Source: Glycera tridactyla
Lineage: Eukaryota
NCBI GenBank assembly: GCA_965644265.1
Contig: OZ286471.1
Coordinates: 25,358,001 to 25,422,000 of the forward strand
Direction: 5' to 3'
DNA length: 64,000 nt
The first letter of the stretch is position 1; each line of letters opens with the position of its first letter. The notes under the pieces were generated by a model. That model made no database searches and was not told where the DNA came from. It saw only the letters and a program-made list of their open reading frames with translations. Position numbers and translations under genes: made by a program. Shown in pieces: positions 1-10,197 of the stretch.

Positions 1-439
1 TAAACTTATTGACTATTAATCTGAATGACCAATTCAAGTAATTGCTCAATTTAAAAAATTGCAGTGTGTCCAGAATACCATGGAATGATCCTACATCACC
101 CATGGCATGGTAGGGACTCATCGTCATTGAATGCTGCAAGTCCCAGGACTCATGCTGTTTCATTTGTAGATAAATCACTGAATAGGGACAACTGACTGGG
201 TAGGATTTTCTGCATTGAGATTATAGAAAATTACTTTCGGCTACTTCACTACCCAGCACTCCTGGCTCTCCAGCAAGATACATTTGCACCAATCTACAAA
301 GACCACTCTTAGTTGCAAATTACATAGTGGTATTTGTAGAGAGTTGGCCTTTGTAGAGATAGTTTATTGTAGAAAATACTATCCTCAAATGGTATAGATA
401 AATGGTTTAATATAGAGATGGTCTTAAGCAGGTTTGATT

Positions 440-590
440 GTCAAACCTCTCTATAACACCACCTTTGGTCACATCAAAAATTGGCCTATATGGAGGTGGT
501 ATTTATAGAGAGGTCATTCACGGTTGCAGCTCAAGGTGGCCTTTATGGAGTGGTGGTCTTTATACAGAGGTGGTCTTTAGAGGTTCAATT
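440..590. mobile_element. Tc1/pogo (Tigger-like) MITE copy
   Basis: Ends TGTCAAACCTCT...AGAGGTTCAATTG followed by TA. Internal repeated GGTGGTCTTTATAGAGAGG motifs are shared with 1091-1267 and 3664-3843. More partial copies at ~290-440 and ~1810-1870. Confidence 0.6.
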
Positions 591-1090
591 GTACATATAT
601 ATTATATGAAAGTTCAAGGGCTAAGGATGGGCTACTTGTCAAACTATTGATATGATTATTGTTTACTGGAAAGTTTCCAGTGAATTATAGCAAATGGACA
701 GTGGGAATATGATGTTTCAGTGTGCATTTTCACATACGAAAATCACAGAGATCAAGTTTTCCTCCTTTCCAGTCAGCTTTACAGTTGACAGTCCTCAAAA
801 TTCACCCCTATATAACCAGAGTAACACATGCCTGCAAATAAACAGAGGACATTCAGTCCATATATTTTGAGCTGATTAAGCTTAGTATTGTGAGTATGCT
901 CTAACAATGAAATTTGATATATTCTTTCCCCATACCAAGAAACCAGTTCAATCTCAGTCTTCATATTGGGTTCATACAAAACACAAACACCCACAAAACT
1001 TTGATTCAATTTTTTTTTATTCATTTGGTTATGGAGTATACCTCAAAGAAAATATATGATTTCACTCTCTGGTCATTATTCCATAGAGTA

Positions 1091-1267
1091 CAGTTGAACC
1101 TCTTTATAGAGACCACCTTTGGTCCCATAAAAAGTGACCTTTATAGGGAACTGGTCTTTATAGAGAGGTCATTTACTATTGAAAATACTACCACAGTCCC
1201 AGCTCAGGGTGGTCTTTATAGGGAGGTGGTCTTTATAGAGAGGTGGTTTTTAGAGGAGGTTCAACTG
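1091..1267. mobile_element. Tc1/pogo (Tigger-like) MITE with clear TIRs
   Basis: TIR CAGTTGAACCTC ... GAGGTTCAACTG, preceded by TA (right flank TG). Non-coding, 177 bp. Confidence 0.75.
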
Positions 1268-3663
1268 TGATGTGTGTTGATGAAAAAATAAACGGATTCA
1301 CTGTATTCACTATCTATCCAAACTGGTACAGTCAAACTTGCCCTAAGCATGAAGCATTGGGACATGATAAATCTGTTTGCTTAGGACAAGTTCATGCTTA
1401 GTACAGGTCAATTATAGTTCTACTTAAAAAATACTCTTGTGTGATGGGTAGAGATTCAAGGCAGAGTACATCCCACTCAGTCTGGCTTGTTTGTGTGTGT
1501 GTGTGTGTGGGGGGGGGGGCTGTACTGTAGCAGAATTCTTGACTCATATTCACAGGCAGATTTCCTGTCACACAGTGATAATGATGGTTTACAATATCAA
1601 CATTTCATAAATACAATCTGTCTGTTTCCCCAAGCACTCCGAATATCTGCCCATCCCTATATCACTAGGAAATTATGGAGTGATCTGGGAAAACTCTTCA
1701 CTGTTTATTCCTTATCCCAGAAGTCTCACATCAAACAGTAGCACACATCTGGAAGATAAAAGCCCAGATCATATGCATGTTACCTGTTTCATGCCATAGA
1801 ATCACCATATAGTTGAACCTGTTCAAGAGACCACCTCTCTACAAGTAAGGGCCACCTTCCTAAGAAGGCCATTCTGCAACTCATTGATGGTGTAATATAT
1901 CTAAACCCCATATGGCTGCACCTGCTAATAGCAGTATATTATGTTATTCCAGATACCCAATCCCACTTGAAGTCAAGTTTATTCATAATAAACAAATGCA
2001 TGTTAGGCAGAAATGGTCCCTGAAATTCCCTATACCTGTAGTGTTCATCAGACCATTTGGTGAATTACAAATTGTTGTAAATGGGAATGGTAGAGTGGCT
2101 ATGCATGAGGAGTGCAAGTCCACATCTGACCCGCAATCGTGTAGTAGTAGTCATGTCAGGAGCCGAGCATGTTTCATGGCCTTTCCATCTTCTTCCCTCT
2201 CTGAACACCTGCAACAAATGTTACATGATATGATTCATATGTTTGGTGGTATATCAGGGTGAGAAGAGATTGCATCTCACCTGGAGAGGCCAGATAAATT
2301 GTCTAAGTGAGCAGGTACAATTTGAATTCACCTGCCCAATAAACAGGTGGAAAAGATAAATTTGATGATCATATAAAAGGCAATTTGTTTATTGTTTCGC
2401 ACATTGTGAGTGCCACTTGGATGATTATTGATTATTGATTCCAGGTAGTTATAGTCAATTGACTGTTCAATGAAAAATATATATTGCCCTACTGGCACAG
2501 GCAGGCAGATTTGTTGTTTGGTCAGACGGATTCCAGTATAATGCAGTGTGAGGAAAAATTCGGTTGGGTGGGGGTTGGGGTGGGGGGGGGGGGGGGGGGG
2601 GGGGGTGGGGGGTTGGCACAATGATATTGGATTATGACGGCTGTATATGCCATTTTTCTGGTCAATTGACATCACAGAATATGAAACATCCATCCATGCA
2701 GTTTCATAGCAATTGTCAATGACTTCAGTGAAGAAATCAGCAAGGAATAACAATCAGAAAGAACTCATGCTGGCAATGCTTGAATAGGATCCTGACATTA
2801 AAAACCCTGCTCATTTCTTAATATTCAATACAGATAAGATTGATCTGCATCAATACAAAGGACAAGATGTGGAGATGAAATGAGCAATTTGAAAAATCCA
2901 CTAAACCTTTTTATTCAATGATAAATCAACCTTGAAACCAGAGAGGTACCTGAGCAATAATGGGTTGATTTCCGTCATTGCCACATGAAAGAATGTATGG
3001 TATTGAATGACAAGGAGGTTGTCAACACCAGATCACTGATCCTCCATGTTGCAGGATATATTACCAACATACCTGCGCCAATGGAACCTCTCGTAGCTGC
3101 TGATTTGCTCAACAGTTGCCTTTCATCCTTCAGGGGCCGGCGATGCTGTCAAGCAGTACGCCATTTGTAAACAAACCACCAGTCCGTGCCTGCCGTCCCT
3201 TTAGCCCTAGCGACGACGGCGGGAACCAGCCAGGGGTAATAGCAGACGCTCACACATTGCCCCAACACTTCCGGCCTACACGCGCGAAATTCGGCACGCT
3301 GGTGGCGGGTAGCGTTGATGCGTAGCAGACGACAGATCGATCNNNNNNNNNNNNNNNNNNNNNNNNNNNNNNNNNNNNNNNNNNNNNNNNNNNNNNNNNN
3401 NNNNNNNNNNNNNNNNNNNNNNNNNNNNNNNNNNNNNNNNNNNNNNNNNNNNNNNNNNNNNNNNNNNNNNNNNNNNNNNNNNNNNNNNNNNNNNNNNNNN
3501 NNNNNNNNNATCGTCATCGTCTTCACCTTTGAGCTCAAAGGGGGTCACCGAACTTTGAGCTGTGGCTTTGACACCTTCCCCTCTGTGATCTTGATCAAAG
3601 CACACCAAGCTCACGTATGAGGCCATGCTCCAGTGATTTATGGTGAAAGCAGTCGCTATTATA

Positions 3664-3843
3664 CAGTCAAAGCTGTCTATAAAGACCGCTTTCGGTCGCA
3701 TCGGAAAGTGGTCTTTATAGGCGGGTGGTCTTTTTAGAGAGGTCATATACTATCGAAAATACTTTCACGGTCACAGCTGAGGGCTGTCTTTATAAGCAGG
3801 TGGTCTTTATAGAGAGGTGGTCTTCAGAGCAGTCTTGTAATTG
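3664..3843. mobile_element. Tc1/pogo (Tigger-like) MITE copy
   Basis: TA-CAGTCAAAG start and ...ATTG-TA end; internal sequence closely resembles 1091-1267. Confidence 0.65.
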
Positions 3844-4794
3844 TAGATTCCGTCCATCCGACGATGCTTGCCTGTCTGCCTACCTACCACCCCATCACCC
3901 ATCCATCTATCCATCCATCCATCCATCCATCCATCCATCCATCCATCCATCCATCCATCCATCCATCCATTATCATCATTTCTATAATAATAATAACAAT
4001 GATAATNNNNNNNNNNNNNNNNNNNNNNNNNNNNNNNNNNNNNNNNNNNNNNNNNNNNNNNNNNNNNNNNNNNNNNNNNNNNNNNNNNNNNNNNNNNNNN
4101 NNNNNNNNNNNNNNNNNNNNNNNNNNNNNNNNNNNNNNNNNNNNNNNNNNNNNNNNNNNNNNNNNNNNNNNNNNNNNNATTTCACCAAGGCTTGGACCGA
4201 AGTCGCATTACAAGCAACAGTGTACAGATGAGAAGGCATATATACATTTACAAAATACCAATAGTAACAATGGAGTAGCAGCTGGTAACACAGGATGATA
4301 TTTACAGATGAAAGATTATGAGGTCATGACAGCTGGTAAGGATGATGGCTATGACGAATGGGCTTATGATGAGTGATACTATTGACACTGGTATATGCAG
4401 GTTCACGATATACATAAGTCGTTACACTCCGTCTTACCAAAGTGATGACGTCTATGAAGGTATGTATTGAAAGAATGTATTGACGGTTATAGACAAGATT
4501 CAGGTGATGGAGTAGGAGATTGGATGTAATAGATCTAATCATGATGAGGACTATTGATTAAGCTTTTCTTATTGAGGACAATACAGACAAATTTCTAAAG
4601 GTGCCAGCACCCATGTTTCCCTACCCACCTACCATCACCATAATATAATCCGATGTGGTTGTTCGGATGTGTAGAGGGTTTGTAACCAGTTATGTTACCT
4701 ACACTCCTACATTCAGAACCCAGTATTATAGTAGAGGATGGATCAGAGAAATCATACTGAGGTAGTGTCATGTATTTAACTTGAAACTCTTATT

Positions 4795-7650
4795 TCATAA
4801 TTTCAAACTGAAATAAGATTTACAATTTCGCTTCATGATATAGTAGGAGGTGCTCTCTCTCACATGTAGAGGCAAGGAGTTCCATAACTTGATTCCTCTT
4901 ACTATAACACTACCAGCCGCAAAGTGTGTTCGTAGCCGAGGTAACTGGAGGTCGTTGTTGACCGTCTGTCTTGTTATTCTACTAGACACATTGGATCTAG
5001 TTAGAAGCCTGGTTGCATGCCTGTCATTGAGCGGTTCTTTCAGCATTTTGTACATTTCACATGCCAACTGCCTGTCTTGATATTTGTCCAAAAGTGGGAC
5101 TTTTAATGCTTTATGGCACTCGGTCGCAGAATAGCACCTCGGATTGTTCCATACCACCCGTAATGACCTATTTTGGGCCATTTGCAGCCTATGTGCGGCT
5201 TGCATATTCATACTGGCATAGACGTGCCCGTTGTAACTCAACAATGACTGTATCAGAGAGTGGAATAGAAATAGTGCCCTGTTGGTGCTAATATAGGGCC
5301 TTATGTGGGCCAGGGCTGATTTTCTAATGTTAATTTTCTTAATCAAGTAGTTGGCATGTGAGTCAAAAGTAAAGCTGCTATCCAGCATTATGCCCAAGTA
5401 CTTATATTCATCAACACGTTGAATTGAGTGTGACTCATACTGAAGGGATGTCATATTAATGCTACGTACCTGAGGGCGTGTCCCAAAAATCATGACAGAT
5501 GACTTTTTCAAGTTAAGGGACAATTTCATATATCTAAACCACTGACACAATGCACCTAGATCGCTCTCTAATTTCTCAACTAAGTCCAACTCACTTCGTG
5601 CACTTGCACAGATAGCCGTATCATCAGCATACAAGTATGGGATACATTGTCTCAAGACGTTAGGGAGTTCATTTACGTAGATGGCAAAAAGTAGGGGCCC
5701 AAGGATTGAGCCTTGAGGCACCCCACATATTACTTCGCGATCAGAAGACAGCACATTCTCATATTTGACCGTCTGTTTGCGCTCCGACAGATAGGAACTA
5801 AACCATTCCACAGTTCCATATCTGAAGCCGATTTCGCGCAGCCTATCAAGCAGCCGATCGTGGTCCACAGTGTCGAACGCCTTCTTCAGATCCAGGAAAA
5901 GAACTCCAGTGGGGCATGACCGATCAGCCTCCGTGAAAATGGTTTCAAGGAAGCTGGTCAGGCATGCCCCCGTCGAGTATCCCTCCCTAAATCCGAATTG
6001 GGCGTTCGACAAGATATTATATCGGGTCAGATATGCGTATACCTGCTTATGTACTAATTTTTCCATAATTTTGCCGAGTGTCGGTATTATGGAAATCGGT
6101 CTAAAGTTCGTCAGGTGCAGATCATTCCCCCCTTTGTGAAGTATAGTCACTACGCTTTCCTTCCAGGTATTTGGAAAAGTATGTGTAGATATTGACATGT
6201 TGCATATTCTAGTAAGCGCATGTAAGATATTTGCCGGGAAATTGCGACATAGTTCGACTGATATCCCATCTTTCCCGGTCGACAGAGTGTTGTTCATTTC
6301 CTTTATAACTTTTCGTATGTCATCTGAGTCGACCGGGCCTAGCTTGAAAACAGGTTGATATCGGATAACATGATGTGGTGGTGTATCCACATGTGGGATT
6401 TTACTCGCCAGGTTTCTACCTATATCACAGAAAAAATCATTTATCTCACAGGCTCTGCTATGATTATCGTCCTGTTCTAGTATTGGCGCAGCACACTTCT
6501 TTTTTGTAAGAGGCCACAGTTCCTTGATAGATCGCCACATTTTTTTGGGATCATGTTCGTGACGCTCGATGTTTTCTTCTACATAAGTGCTGATCAAATT
6601 CTTTTTCAATAAATATTTTCTGCGTAGGGCCTCTTTTTTCAACTCCAGATTCATGTAAGTAGGGCACTTTTGAAAAATGTATGACCTGTACTCGCATAGA
6701 TCTATTAAACTTAGAAAATCAGAATTTACCCATGGTTGGTACATTTCTCTGAATCTACGCGTCTTTATGGGTGCATGAATATCCAAGCACGCTCTTATAT
6801 GTGTTTGTAGATAATTTGTCGCAAGGTTAGGATCTGACGTTGTATCAACAAAATTGGTGTCAATTTTACTCAGTGAAAGGTTGAAGTCATCTCTGCGGAA
6901 ATTCCTGTAACTACGAAATTGGTACTCACGTTTACGGCGATAAATTTTTGCCCTCTTTCTACACACAAACACCATTGCATGATCGCTTATGCCTGGACTT
7001 AGCACACCCGATCTGTTAAAGTAGCTACTATTAGACACAAGGATATGGTCGATAATGGTACTTGACGAGGTGGTCACGCGAGTTGGACTTGATATCAGCT
7101 GTTGCAAACAATGGTCCTTCATGTGATCACGATATGCCTTCTGGCCAGCACCACGTGATTTGCTCACATCAATATTCACATCCCCTAGCATTAAAACATC
7201 AAAAGTGCTCCAGTATTCAAATAGTTTTTCATGACAGTTGGACAAGTGATTAAGACATTCATCCACATGGCCGTCTGGAGGGCGATAGATAGCACAAATG
7301 ACCAGTGGACGACACTTTTGCAGATACAGTACAAACCAACCAGTCTCTACAGCTGGTGAGCAAGTCGAGAGCTCAGATAGCATGTTTACATTATACTGTG
7401 AACCATAATAGATAATGCACCCACCACCTCCCGATTTACCACTTTCCTCAGTGCGGTCCAGTCTGATAAATTCATAACCAGCTATACTCAGTTCTTCGTC
7501 ACCAATGCTGTCATTCAAAAAGGTTTCTGTCAGGATCAGAAAGTCCAATTTACTTTGGGATAGTAGGAGCCGTATGTCATCAATTTTCCTTGTAATACTT
7601 TGCACATTTAAAGCAGCAAATGAGATACCGGGGACGTTTGAAAGCGAGGC
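4795..7650 (-). CDS. LINE A ORF2: APE endonuclease plus reverse transcriptase
   Basis: APE motifs (ALNVQS, LILTETFL, YRPP, LGDVNID, IDHI, SDH) and RT motifs (NFRPISII, QFGFR, LDLKKAFDTVDH, GVPQGSILGPLLF, YADDT, YKYLG). The frame is open from 7650 (after a TGA) to the stop at 4795; the track calls it from GTG 7605 (936 aa). Confidence 0.95.
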   Translation of the reverse strand, partial: ASLSNVPGISFAALNVQSITRKIDDIRLLLSQSKLDFLILTETFLNDSIGDEELSIAGYEFIRLDRTEESGKSGGGGCIIYYGSQYNVNMLSELSTCSPAVETGWFVLYLQKCRPLVICAIYRPPDGHVDECLNHLSNCHEKLFEYWSTFDVLMLGDVNIDVSKSRGAGQKAYRDHMKDHCLQQLISSPTRVTTSSSTIIDHILVSNSSYFNRSGVLSPGISDHAMVFVCRKRAKIYRRKREYQFRSYRNFRRDDFNLSLSKIDTNFVDTTSDPNLATNYLQTHIRACLDIHAPIKTRRFREMYQPWVNSDFLSLIDLCEYRSYIFQKCPTYMNLELKKEALRRKYLLKKNLISTYVEENIERHEHDPKKMWRSIKELWPLTKKKCAAPILEQDDNHSRACEINDFFCDIGRNLASKIPHVDTPPHHVIRYQPVFKLGPVDSDDIRKVIKEMNNTLSTGKDGISVELCRNFPANILHALTRICNMSISTHTFPNTWKESVVTILHKGGNDLHLTNFRPISIIPTLGKIMEKLVHKQVYAYLTRYNILSNAQFGFREGYSTGACLTSFLETIFTEADRSCPTGVLFLDLKKAFDTVDHDRLLDRLREIGFRYGTVEWFSSYLSERKQTVKYENVLSSDREVICGVPQGSILGPLLFAIYVNELPNVLRQCIPYLYADDTAICASARSELDLVEKLESDLGALCQWFRYMKLSLNLKKSSVMIFGTRPQVRSINMTSLQYESHSIQRVDEYKYLGIMLDSSFTFDSHANYLIKKINIRKSALAHIRPYISTNRALFLFHSLIQSLLSYNGHVYASMNMQAAHRLQMAQNRSLRVVWNNPRCYSATECHKALKVPLLDKYQDRQLACEMYKMLKEPLNDRHATRLLTRSNVSSRITRQTVNNDLQLPRLRTHFAAGSVIVRGIKLWNSLPLHVRESTSYYIMKRNCKSYFSLKL

Positions 7651-8285
7651 AGAGCAATAATCTAAGTCAGACAGTGGTTCAGCACTAGGGAAAACATGGG
7701 TGATACGACGACGGTTATTTGGTAGGATGCTGATGGTAATAAGTGGTATTGAGTGAAACTAGTAGGAGGAATAAAGATGAATAAAGGTAGAAGAGAAAGT
7801 AAGGATAGATTGAAAAGTAGGCGTGATAGACCTGGATGTGCTAAGATGTAACTCCTCGCACTGGTTGTAATAGTCGTAATGGTCAAGCGGGTGAAAAATT
7901 AACCTGCATCTGACATGTTAAACAAAGACATCTGATAAATAAATAAAGCTATCTGCCTGCCTTCTGGAAAATTGGTTCACTCTGATTCATGACACTATCA
8001 TAAATCTATTCTTGATCAGCTTATTTACTAATGTCACCCAATCCGCTGTGTGCTACATGAGTAGTAGCATTATCCATATAATCAACATTCAAAGTTGGAA
8101 TTAAAGTCCAAACTGGCAGCAGGGTGAAACAACATCCATCGGACTGGTGGTAGAGAGCTGGCTGGAAGGGTTCGTTGTGGTTCATGGTATGGTGGAGCCG
8201 GAGTCTATGCGTTGATGCGGCCCTTCCCCAGATTTCACACATATCACGTCGCATATTATTACAAACTTGACGGGCACGCATGCAC

Positions 8286-9083
8286 GCGGCTGTATGTCAT
8301 CCGCTTGATTTCATACAGGCGAGATGTTTAGCCCTATTGCTGTTGTTGTGTGTATGTAACGATTGCAGTATCTCATGCTGCAGCATGTCAGCCGCATGGC
8401 TCCATGCCGGCATAACATCTTGCTGGAGTTGAAAGCACGTAACAAATGCACTATCTCACGCTGCAACATGTCGCCCGCATGACTTCATGTCGGCATGAGA
8501 TCTTACATCTATGTGCAGCTACATATCGATGACTGATGTTGCACTTCATGATTCATGATTCACCTCCCGATATCACATGCTGCAGCATGTCGCCCGCATG
8601 GCTCCGTGCCGGCATAGGATATCGCTTCTATCTCGTTTCAATAAAAAATCGTATGCCATACGAGAACGACCTTGTGCACAGTGTTAACGTACTCATTCAC
8701 GCAGCAGTGTGTCACCCGCATGGCTTCATACTGGCGATGTGTGTACACGTGTGCCGATGATGCTACCTCGAGCTGCAGCATGTTGCCCGCATGACTCCAT
8801 GCCGGCTCAAGGTAACGTTTGTTTTAAGCATGTTTCGATAATGTTGAGATCAACGTGGTGCACATACTCCCTCATGCACGTATCCGTATGTTGCCGTATG
8901 ACTTCATGCTGGCGATATACACCGACTCTTGTTTCTACCTTTGAGATACGGAGATAATTGTTACCACGAGCAGCAGCATGTTATCCGCATGACTCCATGC
9001 CGGCTCAGGTAGTGTTTCTCTTCCAAGATTGAGTTGTGCCATGACCTCGCAGCAATATGTTACCCGCATGGTTTCACATCGGC
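8286..9083 (-). repeat. Array of nine ~35-nt structured repeats with unique spacers inside LINE A
   Basis: Units at 8286-8320, 8377-8411, 8460-8494, 8579-8613, 8701-8735, 8772-8806, 8880-8913, 8970-9004 and 9049-9083. Approximate minus-strand consensus GCCGGCAUG RARYCAUGCGGRYRA CAUGCUG CWGC. Spacers are 36-87 nt. Confidence 0.9.
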
Positions 9084-9136
9084 GAATGTCACTACAGTCT
9101 CAATGTCGGTTCTGATGATTTTGGTGTAGATTATTG

Positions 9137-10195
9137 CTAGTACTTCTTTATAATGACTGATTTCAGGCGTTTAGGAGCCGGTGTCGCTTGTGATACCTTA
9201 CGTGTATCACCATCGTCATTTCTTACGAACAATGTTGATGCTGGCTGACGAGCCGCCGATGATTTAGGACGTCGTCGACGTGGCTTACGTTGAGTAATAT
9301 ACTTCTCTGGACATTCTGCTAGTTTCTTAGTCTTCCACCATTCGTAGATACTAGGAAGTATATCCAATAGTAAGGCCTCATTTCCAGTGTCGCTCAGATG
9401 AAGGTTGTCTTCACTGATGAAACTACTCAGAATATCGTCATATACGTCAATTCTATCATGCTGATATAGAGACGTTGGGAGTAGTTTACGCGTATGATGG
9501 GATATACGTAAGTTGGTGGTGACATAATAGTTTAGATAGTCCGCTACGTTGCGTGCATGCTCACACCAGCCTCGACGTGGGATGATAGGGACAATTCCAC
9601 AGGGTACATTGGTGTATGATTTTTTGAAAAAATTCATCAAATTCAGCACTTCCGGTTCCAGTTGTTGCTTCCAAATTTTTGATTCAATCGGAGCTTTCCA
9701 GTTGAAATTATATCTTGTATTTGTATCCCGAATCTGCTTTAGATGCCCATTACAGTCATCTGCATCATTAGATCCTATTAGGAAAACGAAGTAGTCTGGT
9801 TGGTAGGCCGAGTCACTCAGGGAGGACCATTGATCACCAAAGATCCTTACCTTTTTTTCCGACATTTTCCTACCTTGCAGGTTGTCTTCGAGTGTCCAGT
9901 ATTTGGCACCACCCACTGCAAGAGATCTAACGGAGGATGGATTCACATATTGGAGAAGGTGATGGTCATCTTCCAGATGATGTATATAATCCACAAGGTG
10001 AACTGCATGGGAGGCTCCAACAAACGTAATTTTCGGTAATCCAAATGAGTCTGCGATGATTCTTGCCTGTGACATATGTATTCCTCCAAGTCGTTGAATA
10101 CGAGCTTTCGCCATTTTGTCATCTTCTATGGATCGTATCACCGATGAGGGATAGATCCGTTTTACCTGTCTTTTGTATATTGGTTGCAGACTCAT
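9137..10195 (-). CDS. LINE A free-standing SGNH/GDSL-like hydrolase (esterase) ORF, 352 aa
   Basis: Block I FVGASH (catalytic Ser), block II AVGGA, block III LIGSND, block V EDNLHL (DxxH). Basic C-terminal tail RKPRRRRPK. Confidence 0.8.
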   Translation of the reverse strand: MSLQPIYKRQVKRIYPSSVIRSIEDDKMAKARIQRLGGIHMSQARIIADSFGLPKITFVGASHAVHLVDYIHHLEDDHHLLQYVNPSSVRSLAVGGAKYWTLEDNLQGRKMSEKKVRIFGDQWSSLSDSAYQPDYFVFLIGSNDADDCNGHLKQIRDTNTRYNFNWKAPIESKIWKQQLEPEVLNLMNFFKKSYTNVPCGIVPIIPRRGWCEHARNVADYLNYYVTTNLRISHHTRKLLPTSLYQHDRIDVYDDILSSFISEDNLHLSDTGNEALLLDILPSIYEWWKTKKLAECPEKYITQRKPRRRRPKSSAARQPASTLFVRNDDGDTRKVSQATPAPKRLKSVIIKKY

Positions 10196-10197
10196 AT

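Noticed and set aside
4850-7253. Plus-strand short ORFs antisense to LINE ORFs (likewise inside the DIRS, LINE C and LINE B)
   Set aside because: They are shadow ORFs of real coding sequence on the opposite strand.
8460-8494. SECIS, K-turn or IRE identity for the array hairpin
   Set aside because: AUGA...GA occurs in only some units. The upper helix is 3 bp rather than ~11-12, there is no 3-nt bulge next to the GA pairs, and there is no CAGUGN loop.
8772-8806. HDV-like ribozyme (GCCGGCAUGG and GGGCAACA resemble the HDV sequence)
   Set aside because: The intervening sequence is too short for P2/P3/P1.1, and no nested double pseudoknot could be built.
8286-9083. CRISPR array
   Set aside because: The context is eukaryotic, there are no cas genes, spacer lengths vary 2.4-fold, spacer ends base-pair across each repeat, and flanks show duplication history rather than acquisition.
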